Shown here: positions 1 to 9,681 of the stretch, one piece after another
Position numbering within the stretch: position 1 is the stretch's first letter
Layout: the number at the start of each line of letters is the position of its first letter
DNA from: Methanotrichaceae archaeon
GTDB lineage: Archaea > Halobacteriota > Methanosarcinia > Methanotrichales > Methanotrichaceae
Length of the DNA: 64,000 nt
Assembly (NCBI GenBank): GCA_963803145.1
Contig: CAWDLW010000024.1
Span: forward strand, 1 to 64,000
Direction of reading: 5' to 3'
The notes under the pieces: generated by a model
Database searches by the model: none
What the model saw: the letters and a program-made list of their open reading frames with translations, nothing else
Told to the model about the DNA's origin: nothing
Made by a program: the position numbers and the translations under genes

Positions 1-646
1 AAGGGAAATCCATAAATCTCTAACAACCGACCTTCCCTCTCGGATATCTCCTGCCACCTCTATAATCATTCCACTCTCCTCAGCTGCTTTTGCTATCGTG
101 TCATAATTCCTTCTCCCCCTCATCTATCGGCATTAGCAGGAGTGCCAATTGGCTCTCAATGGCAAGAGCTGCTGGCCCGAAGATCGGCCTTGTGCGTGAG
201 AGGCTGAGAAGCCCAATGAATCTACTGAACTCAGAGTCGATATGTTCAGATGCTATCCTCTCCAGCTCTTCATGGCGCTGCTCGGTTTTTTGATCAAGCA
301 GGCCAGCAGGGAACCGAATTATGAACGGATCCTCGAAACCAAACTCCCATTGAGCACTGCTTTTAATCTTCTGGAGAGGCCATATCGACTCAGGGGTATA
401 GATGTAAGTGGAGAATCTTCTTTGCGTGCTAAACTGCCCTACAATGAAAAGGCTTTCCTTATCCAATATTGCAACCATACTGCAGGGAAGCTGACTCCGG
501 ACTATACCCCTCTGTAGATGGCGATCTTCGGTAGTTGCATCAACGATCGCCATGAACTCTTTGAGCAGCAAGTCAGCCTTCTCCTGAAGCTCAAGGGGCA
601 TATTGCCGCTTCGCATTCCCCCGTCATTTAACATAAACAAATACAT
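1..646 (-). CDS. Protein with a C-terminal TIR-like/nucleoside 2-deoxyribosyltransferase-like domain. Frameshifted at the G5 run near 115-119 and runs off the window edge.
   Basis: ORF 101..646 stops at ...LMPIDEGEKEL*. Removing one G gives LMPIDEGRRNYDTIAKAAEESGMIIEVAGDIREGRSVVRDLWISL, open to position 1. This matches the 'MPF..Y..I..A...G...ADD....I...IW' pattern of TIR/NDT-like folds. Confidence 0.5.
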
Positions 647-1007
647 CTTAGCATAAATTACTTAAGATTATCCTGATAATGCCGCAATTCAACATCATCC
701 CTTAGGTAATGAGTCCAGTAGCTCTGCCACTGCCATATCTATCCCTAAATTCGTTCTATAGTTATCGATTCCGACGAGTGTTACATTTTTTCAATTATAT
801 AATTATCCAACATATAAGCTTTTCCGCTACTTTTACTAATACCCAACAGACATCATAGACATAGGATAATAGTTTTATGGGGAATTTCCAGTTTTTAATG
901 ATAGTTAAGTATATAGGTTAGAGGTATTGTCATTATCTGAAGCACTATCACCGATATATGTTAAGAACTCAATTTAGAAGATAGTATGTGTTACTGGAGT
1001 TGGTTAG

Positions 1008-1793
1008 ATGATGGCAGAAGAATTCAGCACTAACGGAATTATTACTCAGTTTGATAACTTTATTAATACAATAGATAAGGAAATACCTAATCTTTTTGAT
1101 GTAAGTGATAATAGATTAACTGAGCATCTTAGCAACATTCATTATAATTTATTGGAAAATTATAAAGTAAAAAGTGGAACATCTAATGGGTATCACGGTA
1201 TTTCAGAATACATTGTTCTTTCGGCTTTCAAACACTTTATCGAGGCTCAAAATGAGGGAAAGGAACTTAAATGTACTGAGATAGATGGACATAAATATTC
1301 ACGCTGTTTTAGATTAGATAAAAAGGATAAAAGTATAATAATATACCATGATTTAAGCCTAAAAAATATTCCTGATGGAGCTAAAAGTCAAATATTTACT
1401 GATGCTACCAAATTACGTGTACCAGATATAGTGATATTGAAGAAAGAAAATAATTATTATAATATAGTGGCCGTGATTGAAATAAAGAATTATTTAGATA
1501 AAGGTAAAATAATTTCCGCAATTGAAATGCTTAATCAAATAAAGGTCTCTCAAAAAAATAAAACAATACAAGAGATGGCCCCAACTAGATATGCTTTATT
1601 CGCTTTTTCTGGAATTTCTTTAAATGACGATACCTGTGAAGAAGTTAAGAAATTCTTAAATGATAAAAATAATTTCCTTATGGTAAATAAGGATAAGATA
1701 AACACGGAAAAAAGAAAATATAAGGAAATCGAACCGTTGGTCAAAGATCTATCACAATTCTTTAAACATATCGAAAGTGAAATAAAACTATGA
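1008..1793 (+). CDS. PD-(D/E)XK nuclease-fold protein (restriction endonuclease-like), AT-rich
   Basis: RVPDIVIL...VAVIEIKNYL motif. Much more AT-rich than the flanking genes. Confidence 0.55.
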   Translation: MMAEEFSTNGIITQFDNFINTIDKEIPNLFDVSDNRLTEHLSNIHYNLLENYKVKSGTSNGYHGISEYIVLSAFKHFIEAQNEGKELKCTEIDGHKYSRCFRLDKKDKSIIIYHDLSLKNIPDGAKSQIFTDATKLRVPDIVILKKENNYYNIVAVIEIKNYLDKGKIISAIEMLNQIKVSQKNKTIQEMAPTRYALFAFSGISLNDDTCEEVKKFLNDKNNFLMVNKDKINTEKRKYKEIEPLVKDLSQFFKHIESEIKL

Positions 1794-1897
1794 GATCGAG
1801 GAAATAATAAACTTGTGATATCATCTAATCGATTAGAGGGGTGATGATGAAGCAGTCCTAGAAGGCCAGCTTAATATATTGGGCATAAGCGGAAGTA

Positions 1898-3625
1898 TCA
1901 GACTTCCAAATCATCGTTCTGAGAGTAGAACTCGATCTCTACCAATGGGCTATTTCCTTCGAAAGATGCCTGCATTAGTGCTCCGCATAGAGATAAGTTT
2001 CTTTCAAAGAACCTTTGGGACCTGCCGCTGACGGGATTGTATGAAACATTCCCTTCACCTGCAATACGCACTGCCATCCAACCGTCATTCAAAATTGTCT
2101 CGACCTTTATCTCCTCTGCCCCCACTGCCACAAATCTTTCGAGAATGTCTATGAGAGAATCTGAGAAGCGTTCCTTGTCCATATTGACGGATGGATTCCT
2201 TGAATCGGGGTCAAAAACAAGGCCTACCTTTTCAAAGAGGTTGACGTGGGCTATCCTCGCCTTCAATGCCATCAGATAGTCCTCTTCGCTCTCTGCATCC
2301 AATATTGCCGTATCTCCGTGAGGATCATGTCTGACTTGCTCTATGATATCTCCAATCAGTTTATTGATATCCATGCATTCAACGTAGTATGGAGGACGAA
2401 ATCCTCTATAGATCACAGAGTAATCGCTAAGTAGCCTCCCTGCCCTCCGCAAAAGAGACTGATCAATAATAGAGCCGAGCTTCTTCTTTTCGAATAGCCT
2501 GTCCAACCTTCCTACAATCTGGCCAGTCTTATGAACCATCTCCCAATCGAGCTTCCTCCCTGTATGAAGCTCCATAGCGAAGTGGTTGAAATCGGAGAAC
2601 ATATCATCTATCTGCTCTGTGCGGAGAAGCGATATGGTTTCCTCAGACTCGCTTTTCTCCTCAAGCTCTGCGAGCACATGGGCGAGGAAGGCCAGCCTGC
2701 CGGCAATGATTGTGAAGATCCTCTCCAGCTCAACCATGAGATCATGAGCATAAGCGGATGTCCTCCTGGCCCATTCGGGAGAAATCTCCTCTATTCCATC
2801 GAGCGCAGCAGCGTCTCTGTACATTACCATGAGAGTTTTTTTTGCCGTCTCTTTATCGATAGGCCGCCCATGTCCTGAACAGCAGGATAGGATATTCTTA
2901 TTCTCGAGTATCCAGAGCACCTTCTGTACCGAATCCATGAAGTCCTGCCTGCTCCAGCCGTATGCCCCTGCCATGCCAGGATTAGGCGCGAAAAAGAGGT
3001 CACCAACAATGAGAAGCGAGCCTATGCGTAGGCAGATGCTATCCGGACTATGCCCGGGGATATGATATATCTCCATTTGATCATCCTTTCCAAGAGGCAT
3101 AGTCTGGCTGTGAAATTCGAGTCCTTCTGCATTCAGGGGATTAATGGAATAATCAAGTCTCCATTTGCCAACATCGAGGCTATGCTGTCCGATGATCATT
3201 TTATCAAGAGCAGATAAGAGTTTTATTTCCACAGGAGTGGTTATCATCCGCCTCCCGAGGAGTCCTGCAAGGGTGATATTTGAATCCCCAGCTTCAAGCC
3301 CCTTTGCACCTATCTCCTGCACTGCCAGAGCTGCCTCTCCAAGAACTCTGGATATATGGCTCTGTTTGAGCTGGATCCAATGATCTAAATGCACATGCGT
3401 TAGATAGACTACTACCGGTCTCAGCAGATCCTCTTGTAGCCGAGTGATCTCTCTATCCAGATGCTCGATCTGATCTTCCAGCCCTCCAGGATCTATTAGG
3501 GCGATCTGATCCTCACCTGAAATAACATATGAGTTAGAGGACATGAGGTCGATCCTCCGAATATAGGGATAGATTTCAACGCCTTTTGTGCTTGCGATAG
3601 GCTGCGATGCCATCGGCTCCAACAT
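1898..3625 (-). CDS. Metallo-beta-lactamase-fold hydrolase with a helical, degenerate histidine-kinase-like C-terminal extension
   Basis: THVHLDH (HxHxDH), PGHSPD, VGD and SGHG metal-binding motifs, followed by a ~300-aa C-terminal extension. Confidence 0.75.
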   Translation of the reverse strand: MLEPMASQPIASTKGVEIYPYIRRIDLMSSNSYVISGEDQIALIDPGGLEDQIEHLDREITRLQEDLLRPVVVYLTHVHLDHWIQLKQSHISRVLGEAALAVQEIGAKGLEAGDSNITLAGLLGRRMITTPVEIKLLSALDKMIIGQHSLDVGKWRLDYSINPLNAEGLEFHSQTMPLGKDDQMEIYHIPGHSPDSICLRIGSLLIVGDLFFAPNPGMAGAYGWSRQDFMDSVQKVLWILENKNILSCCSGHGRPIDKETAKKTLMVMYRDAAALDGIEEISPEWARRTSAYAHDLMVELERIFTIIAGRLAFLAHVLAELEEKSESEETISLLRTEQIDDMFSDFNHFAMELHTGRKLDWEMVHKTGQIVGRLDRLFEKKKLGSIIDQSLLRRAGRLLSDYSVIYRGFRPPYYVECMDINKLIGDIIEQVRHDPHGDTAILDAESEEDYLMALKARIAHVNLFEKVGLVFDPDSRNPSVNMDKERFSDSLIDILERFVAVGAEEIKVETILNDGWMAVRIAGEGNVSYNPVSGRSQRFFERNLSLCGALMQASFEGNSPLVEIEFYSQNDDLEV

Positions 3626-3796
3626 AAAAATCCCCTTGCTGAGGGTTAAGCTACAACTACTGTTTAAAAGGAGTGCGGTAATATTTATCAGTTACGTTTT
3701 TCTCGAAGATTGCCATATCAAGCATATAATTCTAAATCGAAAAGCAATTAACATTATATTAAGATAGTAATATGAACATCCAAAGTTAATGTTTAA

Positions 3797-4018
3797 CCTT
3801 AACTCCGATTTTTAGGGAATAAGAAAATCGCAGAGAATGAGGTTCTAGCGGCCTATTATTGATAAATTAATTTGCAAAATAGTTATTCCCTAATATGGGA
3901 TAAAACAAAGTGGCCGCTTGAAGCCTCCTTGCGATGCCAGGCCCCCGAATGCTATTGATTCTAGGATAATATGTCATAAGGAATTTATATAGTTATTCCC
4001 TAAATTGCGGAGTTAAGG
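3797..4018. mobile_element. 222-bp MITE (non-autonomous, IS1634-like ends)
   Basis: 26-bp terminal inverted repeats with 23/26 match (CCTTAACTCCGATTTTTAGGGAATAA vs rc CCTTAACTCCGCAATTTAGGGAATAA). 6-bp TSD GTTTAA at 3791-3796 and 4019-4024. Internal copy of AGTTATTCCCTAA at 3881-3893. No ORF. Confidence 0.85.
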
Positions 4019-4062
4019 GTTTAAATAACATTGATACATGATCCCAGTCGTAGAGGAGGAAC

Positions 4063-4096
4063 CAATCAGGCATACCAATCAATCAAGCATACCAAT
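4063..4096. repeat. 17-bp tandem direct repeat upstream of the rsbU-like gene
   Basis: CAATCAGGCATACCAAT / CAATCAAGCATACCAAT (one mismatch). Confidence 0.6.
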
Positions 4097-4187
4097 ATAA
4101 CACGCCGCTTGACATTTATTGAGAGTGATTAGTATCCGAAAAACAAAAACTATACGATAATATAATTATTGATGAGATGCGGTTATC

Positions 4188-6974
4188 ATGGCTAAAGATC
4201 TTGGAAATAATATCACAGAGAAAGAGTCATACTTAAGCTCTGCGAACATGGTTCCGACCCAGGTTATAGATTTTCTGCCGGATGCAACTTTGGCCGTAAA
4301 TACAAATGGAGAGGTGATAATCTGGAATAGAGCCATGGAAGAGCTCACAGGCGTGAAAGCCAACGATATTTTAGGAAAAGGCAATTATGAGTACGCATTG
4401 CCCTTCTATGGCAAGAGGAGGCCAATTCTTGCAGATTTGGCCCTGATGCCGGAGGACCAGATCGCAGGAAGGTATGATAAAATCCAACGCGATGGATCAA
4501 CATTAACTATTGAGATATTTATACCGACATTTGGTTTAAATGGTGCGTATATCTGGGCAAAGGCCGCTCCTCTGTATGATTCCTTGGGAAATGTAATTGG
4601 AGCCATAGAATCGATAAGGGATATCACAGAACGCAAGAAATCAGAGGAGACAATACTCAGGTCCGAGCAAGAGAAGGCTGCGATTCTTGGGGGCCTGAAG
4701 AATGTATCTGTAGAGTATCTTGATCCCGAGATGCGCATAATCTGGTTGAGCGATGCAGTCCAAAGGCACATTGGCCTCTCGGCTGAGGAGATAAAAGGCA
4801 GGAACTGTTTTAAGGTAATTCAGGGCCTAGATGAGCCATGTCCCGGATGTACGGCAGTATTGGCCGTTCAAATGGGCCAGTCCCAGGAGGGGGAGCTCCT
4901 CACTCCAGATGGCAGATCGTGGATATCGCGCAGCAGCCCAATCAAAGAGGATGGACAAATAAAAGGCGCAGTTCATGTAGCAGTTAATATAACACAAATC
5001 AAGCTCGCAGAACAGAAAGTCTGCAGCATGAAGCAGCGCCTGGCCCAGATCATCGATTTCCTGCCTGATGCCACATTGGCGATCGATAACGATGGCAAGA
5101 TTGTGACCTGGAATAAGGCAATGGAGAAGCTGACAGGCGCTAAGGCTGAGGATATGCTGGATAAGGGCAACTACGAGCATGCATTGCCCTTCTATGGGGT
5201 TAGAAGACCTATCCTCGCGGATCTTGTTCTCATGCCGGTGGGTCAGTTCACGGGGAATTACAATAAAATTCAACGCGATGGAAAAACCATAACAGCTGAG
5301 ATTTTTATTCCAACCTTTGGACCAAAGGGCTCCTATATCTGGGCTAAAGCTACACCGCTTTACGATTCATCAGGTAGAATCACTGGAGCAATCGAATCTA
5401 TTCGCGATATAACAGAGCGCAAGAAATTGGAAGAAGCTTTGCTCAAGTCCGAGCAGGAAAAGGCAGCGATCCTTGGGGGCCTGAAGAACGTTGCAGTCGA
5501 ATACCTTGATCCTGAGATGCGTATAATCTGGTTGAATGATGCAGTACAAAAGCGCCTTGGCCTCTCGGCTGAGGAGATAAAGGGCAAGAATTGTTTTGAG
5601 CTAATTCAGGGTCTTAATGAGCCATGCCCTGGATGCACAGCAGTCAAGGCCATTCAAACGGGCCAATCACAAGAGGGGGAGCTCCTCACTCCAGACGGCA
5701 AGGCATGGGTGTCACGCAGCAGTCCGATCAAGGATTTGAAAGGACATGTTAAAGGCGTTGTTCATGTAGCGGTAAATATCACACAGCGCAAGAGGGCTGA
5801 GGAGAAGCTTGCCAATATCATCGATTTCCTGCCGGATGCTACATTTGTCATGGATATAAACAGCAAGGTCATAGCCTGGAACAGGGCGCTGGAGGAGCTG
5901 ACAGGTGTGAAGGCCAAAGAGATGATCGGCAAGGGGGATTACGAGTATGCTCTTCCCTTCTATGGCTCGAGAAGACCTATGCTCATTGATCTTGCGATGA
6001 TGCCTGAAGTGGAGGTTGATGACAAATACAGCAACCTTCAGAGGGAGGGAAATACGCTCATAACTGAGGTTTACATCCCAACCTTCGGACAAGGAGGGGC
6101 CAATCTCTGGGCGAAGGCAACACCCCTTTATGATACTGCAGGAAAGCTCATGGGCGCCATTGAATCTGTTCGCGATATGACCCTACTCCGCAGGGCAGAG
6201 AAGACGCTGGAGCGTTCCAAAGCTGAGCTGCGCATAGCATCAGATATACAAAGGAGCTTTTTGCCTGAGCATATACCGCCCGTTGCCGGATTCGATATGG
6301 CAGCAATCTCAATCCCTGCAATGGAGGTAGGCGGAGACTTCTACGACTTCATACCAGGAAATGGCAGCGTTGGCATGGTCATAGCGGATGTTTCAGGTAA
6401 AAGCATTCCAGCTGCCCTATTTATGGCGCTGTCTAGGACGATAGTACGTGCAAATGCCACCCATCACGAAAGGGGAATAGATGTACTCCAGGAGGCGAAT
6501 GATATGATATCTGCTGATTCGCACTCCGGTATGTTTGTCACTCTATTCTACGGAGTTCTCGATCAGTCCAGCCGCGATCTTGTGTATGCAAATGCTGGCC
6601 ATCCGCCGCCGATACTCTTACGCGGGGGCAGTGATGAGATCGTTAAACTGGATGTCACAGGGATTGCGCTCGGAGCAATTAGCGGTGTAGAGTACGAGGA
6701 ACGGAAAGTGGCTCTTCTCCCCGGAGATATGGTAATTCTATATACTGATGGCGTGACTGAGGCAATTAATAGCGACGTAGAGCAATATGGCCTGAAGCGA
6801 CTTTGCACCGTTGCACAGAGATATCGTAATCTATCTTCACAGGGGATAATTGAAAAAATCCTCGAAGACATATCGCAATTTAGCGGAGAACAGGCCCAGT
6901 TTGATGATATCACTATGATAATTGCAAAAGCTGAGCAGGATAAGTCGAGTATCAATAACACGTCAATGACTTAA
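4188..6974 (+). CDS. Multi-PAS SpoIIE/PP2C serine phosphatase (RsbU/RsbP-like)
   Basis: Five PAS/PAC units in A-B-A-B-A order with DITERK linkers. PP2C motifs GGDFYD, IADVSGK, YTDGVTE and DDIT are intact. Confidence 0.92.
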   Translation: MAKDLGNNITEKESYLSSANMVPTQVIDFLPDATLAVNTNGEVIIWNRAMEELTGVKANDILGKGNYEYALPFYGKRRPILADLALMPEDQIAGRYDKIQRDGSTLTIEIFIPTFGLNGAYIWAKAAPLYDSLGNVIGAIESIRDITERKKSEETILRSEQEKAAILGGLKNVSVEYLDPEMRIIWLSDAVQRHIGLSAEEIKGRNCFKVIQGLDEPCPGCTAVLAVQMGQSQEGELLTPDGRSWISRSSPIKEDGQIKGAVHVAVNITQIKLAEQKVCSMKQRLAQIIDFLPDATLAIDNDGKIVTWNKAMEKLTGAKAEDMLDKGNYEHALPFYGVRRPILADLVLMPVGQFTGNYNKIQRDGKTITAEIFIPTFGPKGSYIWAKATPLYDSSGRITGAIESIRDITERKKLEEALLKSEQEKAAILGGLKNVAVEYLDPEMRIIWLNDAVQKRLGLSAEEIKGKNCFELIQGLNEPCPGCTAVKAIQTGQSQEGELLTPDGKAWVSRSSPIKDLKGHVKGVVHVAVNITQRKRAEEKLANIIDFLPDATFVMDINSKVIAWNRALEELTGVKAKEMIGKGDYEYALPFYGSRRPMLIDLAMMPEVEVDDKYSNLQREGNTLITEVYIPTFGQGGANLWAKATPLYDTAGKLMGAIESVRDMTLLRRAEKTLERSKAELRIASDIQRSFLPEHIPPVAGFDMAAISIPAMEVGGDFYDFIPGNGSVGMVIADVSGKSIPAALFMALSRTIVRANATHHERGIDVLQEANDMISADSHSGMFVTLFYGVLDQSSRDLVYANAGHPPPILLRGGSDEIVKLDVTGIALGAISGVEYEERKVALLPGDMVILYTDGVTEAINSDVEQYGLKRLCTVAQRYRNLSSQGIIEKILEDISQFSGEQAQFDDITMIIAKAEQDKSSINNTSMT

Positions 6975-7081
6975 ATTATTAAAACCTGGATTTATAAAAT
7001 AGACGTCTTATAATAAACATCTCATTACTGAAAGATAGGCATATAAGTAAGATGATGATTATAAGGTTTCGACGTGAGATA

Positions 7082-7420
7082 ATGGAGATCGATCAGAAAA
7101 TTATTAATAACGTACCAATAGTTATGGTAGCCGGGAGAATTGATGCCGCCACCTCGAAGGATCTTGAGAGCGCACTAAACGTGCTGATAGAAAGAAACAA
7201 TACAACTATTTTGATCGATCTTGCGGGCGTGGAGTACATCAGCAGCGTTGGATTGAGGGTCATGCTCGCAGCACTGAAAAAAGTGAGGCCAAAGCAAGGG
7301 GATGTGATGCTCGCTTCACTGCAGCCCTTCGTAAGAGAGGTATTCGAGATCACTGGATTTACAAAGCTCTTCACAATTTATCCTAATCAGGGAGAGGCGA
7401 TCAGTCACATAAAAACTTAG
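7082..7420 (+). CDS. STAS-domain anti-anti-sigma factor (RsbV/SpoIIAA-like)
   Basis: GRIDA... and DLAGVEYISSVGLRVML with the phospho-acceptor Ser; VFEITGF. Confidence 0.92.
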   Translation: MEIDQKIINNVPIVMVAGRIDAATSKDLESALNVLIERNNTTILIDLAGVEYISSVGLRVMLAALKKVRPKQGDVMLASLQPFVREVFEITGFTKLFTIYPNQGEAISHIKT

Positions 7421-7509
7421 AAACCCTTGCCTGATCATCTATTGGAGGGAGGGATAGCACTAATGGTATTGGGCTATAAGGTATATCATCGATTGAAGAG
7501 CTGATTTTA

Positions 7510-7947
7510 TTGAATCAGGCAGATGATAAACTGATGGAGAACATGCAAGAGCTCAATGTGCCGGCCTCGGAGGATCAAATATCCATTATCTCAGAGTTCA
7601 TCGCAGATCTGATGGCTGCTTCGGGATTCGATCTTCAGAAGATGTTCGAGGTTCAGCTCGCAGTGGAAGAGGCATGTACCAATATCGCCCTATATGCATA
7701 TCCTAAAGGAGATGGCGGCATCAGCATTGCTGCCAAGATTAACAATGACCGCCTGGAGCTGGTTATAGCCGACAAGGGAGAACCATTCGACCCTATAGCG
7801 AGGATTACATCGATATCTAACGCTGATGTTGAGCATAGACCAATTGGCGGGCTGGGAATCGCTCTTATAAAGGCATCAGTTGATGAGCTATCCTATGAGT
7901 TTAAAGATGGGAAGAATATACTCAGGCTTGTAAAGAATAAGGTGTAA
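7510..7947 (+). CDS. Anti-sigma-factor-type Ser kinase (RsbW/SpoIIAB-like HATPase). True start is probably 7534 or 7543.
   Basis: EEACTNI (N box), DKGEPFDP (G1), GGLGIALI (G2). Confidence 0.92.
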   Translation: MNQADDKLMENMQELNVPASEDQISIISEFIADLMAASGFDLQKMFEVQLAVEEACTNIALYAYPKGDGGISIAAKINNDRLELVIADKGEPFDPIARITSISNADVEHRPIGGLGIALIKASVDELSYEFKDGKNILRLVKNKV

Positions 7948-7986
7948 CATTGCTTCTAATGGGCAGGATTCAAAATTAAGTCATAA

Positions 7987-8087
7987 GAGCCGGTACTGAA
8001 GTTGGAAGATCTGGTGGGTGGGCAATCTTCCATAATGATCGATTTTATCAGAGGTCGGAACTCTGAGGCTGCACTCAGTACCGGCTC
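7987..8087 (-). ncRNA. Candidate structured small RNA (three-way junction). Strand is tentative.
   Basis: A perfect 13-bp closing stem (7987-7999/8075-8087) encloses an 8-bp stem (8003-8010/8025-8032) and a 6-bp stem (8048-8053/8061-8066). TATA-like sequence on the minus strand near 8140-8150. Confidence 0.45.
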
Positions 8088-8454
8088 GAATTATCATTAG
8101 GAGGCTAATTAACAAGCAAATTTCCGGATACTATCACCATATATTAATATTTTGTGTTCTCCCTCCTGGCATTAGGCTTTGAAGTTGGCTCCATATCGCT
8201 GTAATACCTATTGAGATATTAGCTTTAATAGTATATCAATATTTCTAAATAACTACTGTATTCGATTACTGTATCTGATGCCATGAGCATCGTTTCAAGA
8301 GCTTGTTTTATTTTCATCCTATGAATGGAGAGCCGTGCAAAGTGGCCGCTCGGAGATGAACGAAGCTATCTAAATATAGGTGGCATTAATATATTGAGTA
8401 CTTATGTGAGTCTCGTTTTGTTAATATAATTTGAATTGTTAATAATAATCACAG

Positions 8455-9378
8455 ATGAATGCCATCACAAAGAGGACTGCGATCCGGCTATCGGCTGGCC
8501 TGATTATAATCGCAGTGCTTATCTATTTCTCTGAACCGAAGGCGATCCTCTCTGCTATTCTTTCGGCCAAGCCATACTACATTATGCTCTCCCTCCCGCT
8601 CTACCCCCTGGCAATGATTTTGTACACCTTTCGATGGCAGATAATAGTAGTAATGATGGGAGATAAATTTCCCTTATGGGAAGCCCACCAGGCCGTTTTG
8701 GCAGGTGCGTTTGTATCCGATTTCACTCCTGCGAGGCTCGGAGACTTTCTTAAACCGCTGATGGTAAAGGATAGAATAGATGTCGGCAAAGGCATGGCTT
8801 CTGTTATCATAGACCACTGGGCAGATACTATGACAGCAGTCATACTAGGCATAATAGGATTACTTGCAATACTTCACATGAGAAACTGGCAGCTTGTCCT
8901 GCTCATACTTGCGCCACTTTCAGGTATGCTCATCTTTCTCTCAGGCGTTCTACTGAGGAAGGATCTGGTAATGAGGGCTGTCTACAGAATCAATCATGAG
9001 AGGCTAACAAGCATGGTTGAAGATTTTTATAGTGCCATGGATCATGTAGATGACAAACTCAGGCTCATAGAAGCATCAATACTGCTCACTTGCATAATAT
9101 GGATTACATTAGCCCTAAGGATCGCAATACTCATAAAAGCCTTCGGCTACGATGCACCCGTTGTCAAGCTGATCTTTCTCTTGCCTCTTGTGAACATGCT
9201 TTCGGCTTTGCCGCTTACAATATCAGGGCTTGGAATCGTTGAGGGAGGTATGACACTTCTTGTTGTTGCATTAGGAGAACCTCCATCTGTCGGATTATCC
9301 GTAGCTCTCATAGATCGTGCTCTATCTATGGGCTACCATGCTCTGATGGGTTCGAGATATGCATCCAGGTTACTATAA
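8455..9378 (+). CDS. Lysylphosphatidylglycerol synthase TM-domain (UPF0104/AglD2-like flippase) membrane protein
   Basis: FRW, TPARLGDFLK and LPLTISGLGIVEGG motifs; multiple TM helices. Confidence 0.85.
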   Translation: MNAITKRTAIRLSAGLIIIAVLIYFSEPKAILSAILSAKPYYIMLSLPLYPLAMILYTFRWQIIVVMMGDKFPLWEAHQAVLAGAFVSDFTPARLGDFLKPLMVKDRIDVGKGMASVIIDHWADTMTAVILGIIGLLAILHMRNWQLVLLILAPLSGMLIFLSGVLLRKDLVMRAVYRINHERLTSMVEDFYSAMDHVDDKLRLIEASILLTCIIWITLALRIAILIKAFGYDAPVVKLIFLLPLVNMLSALPLTISGLGIVEGGMTLLVVALGEPPSVGLSVALIDRALSMGYHALMGSRYASRLL

Positions 9379-9681
9379 ATGATAATTCGATCCGGAGAGC
9401 TTTATCCGGTCTAAGTTATACGATTGAAATGATATTTTCAATGTCTTTTTCCAATAGCGCAAGGCTTTTCTCGCGCGCTCCCACATTCACAGCGCAAGCG
9501 GTTAAGAGCTGTTTTGGTAGAACTCACCTCCTATTTTCTCCTAAAGCCTTTTAAGACATATCATAACATAACGGAAACTTCCCCCTCCGATGGGGATTCC
9601 TATCTTTCCAAATAACAATAGTTGAAGGTAAATTATAGATAGTAAAAAGCGATTATCTATTGCAGTTTAGGCCGGGTAGAA

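Noticed and set aside
4109-4135. Bacterial sigma70-like TTGACA upstream of rsbU
   Set aside because: No properly spaced -10 box, and the host is archaeal.
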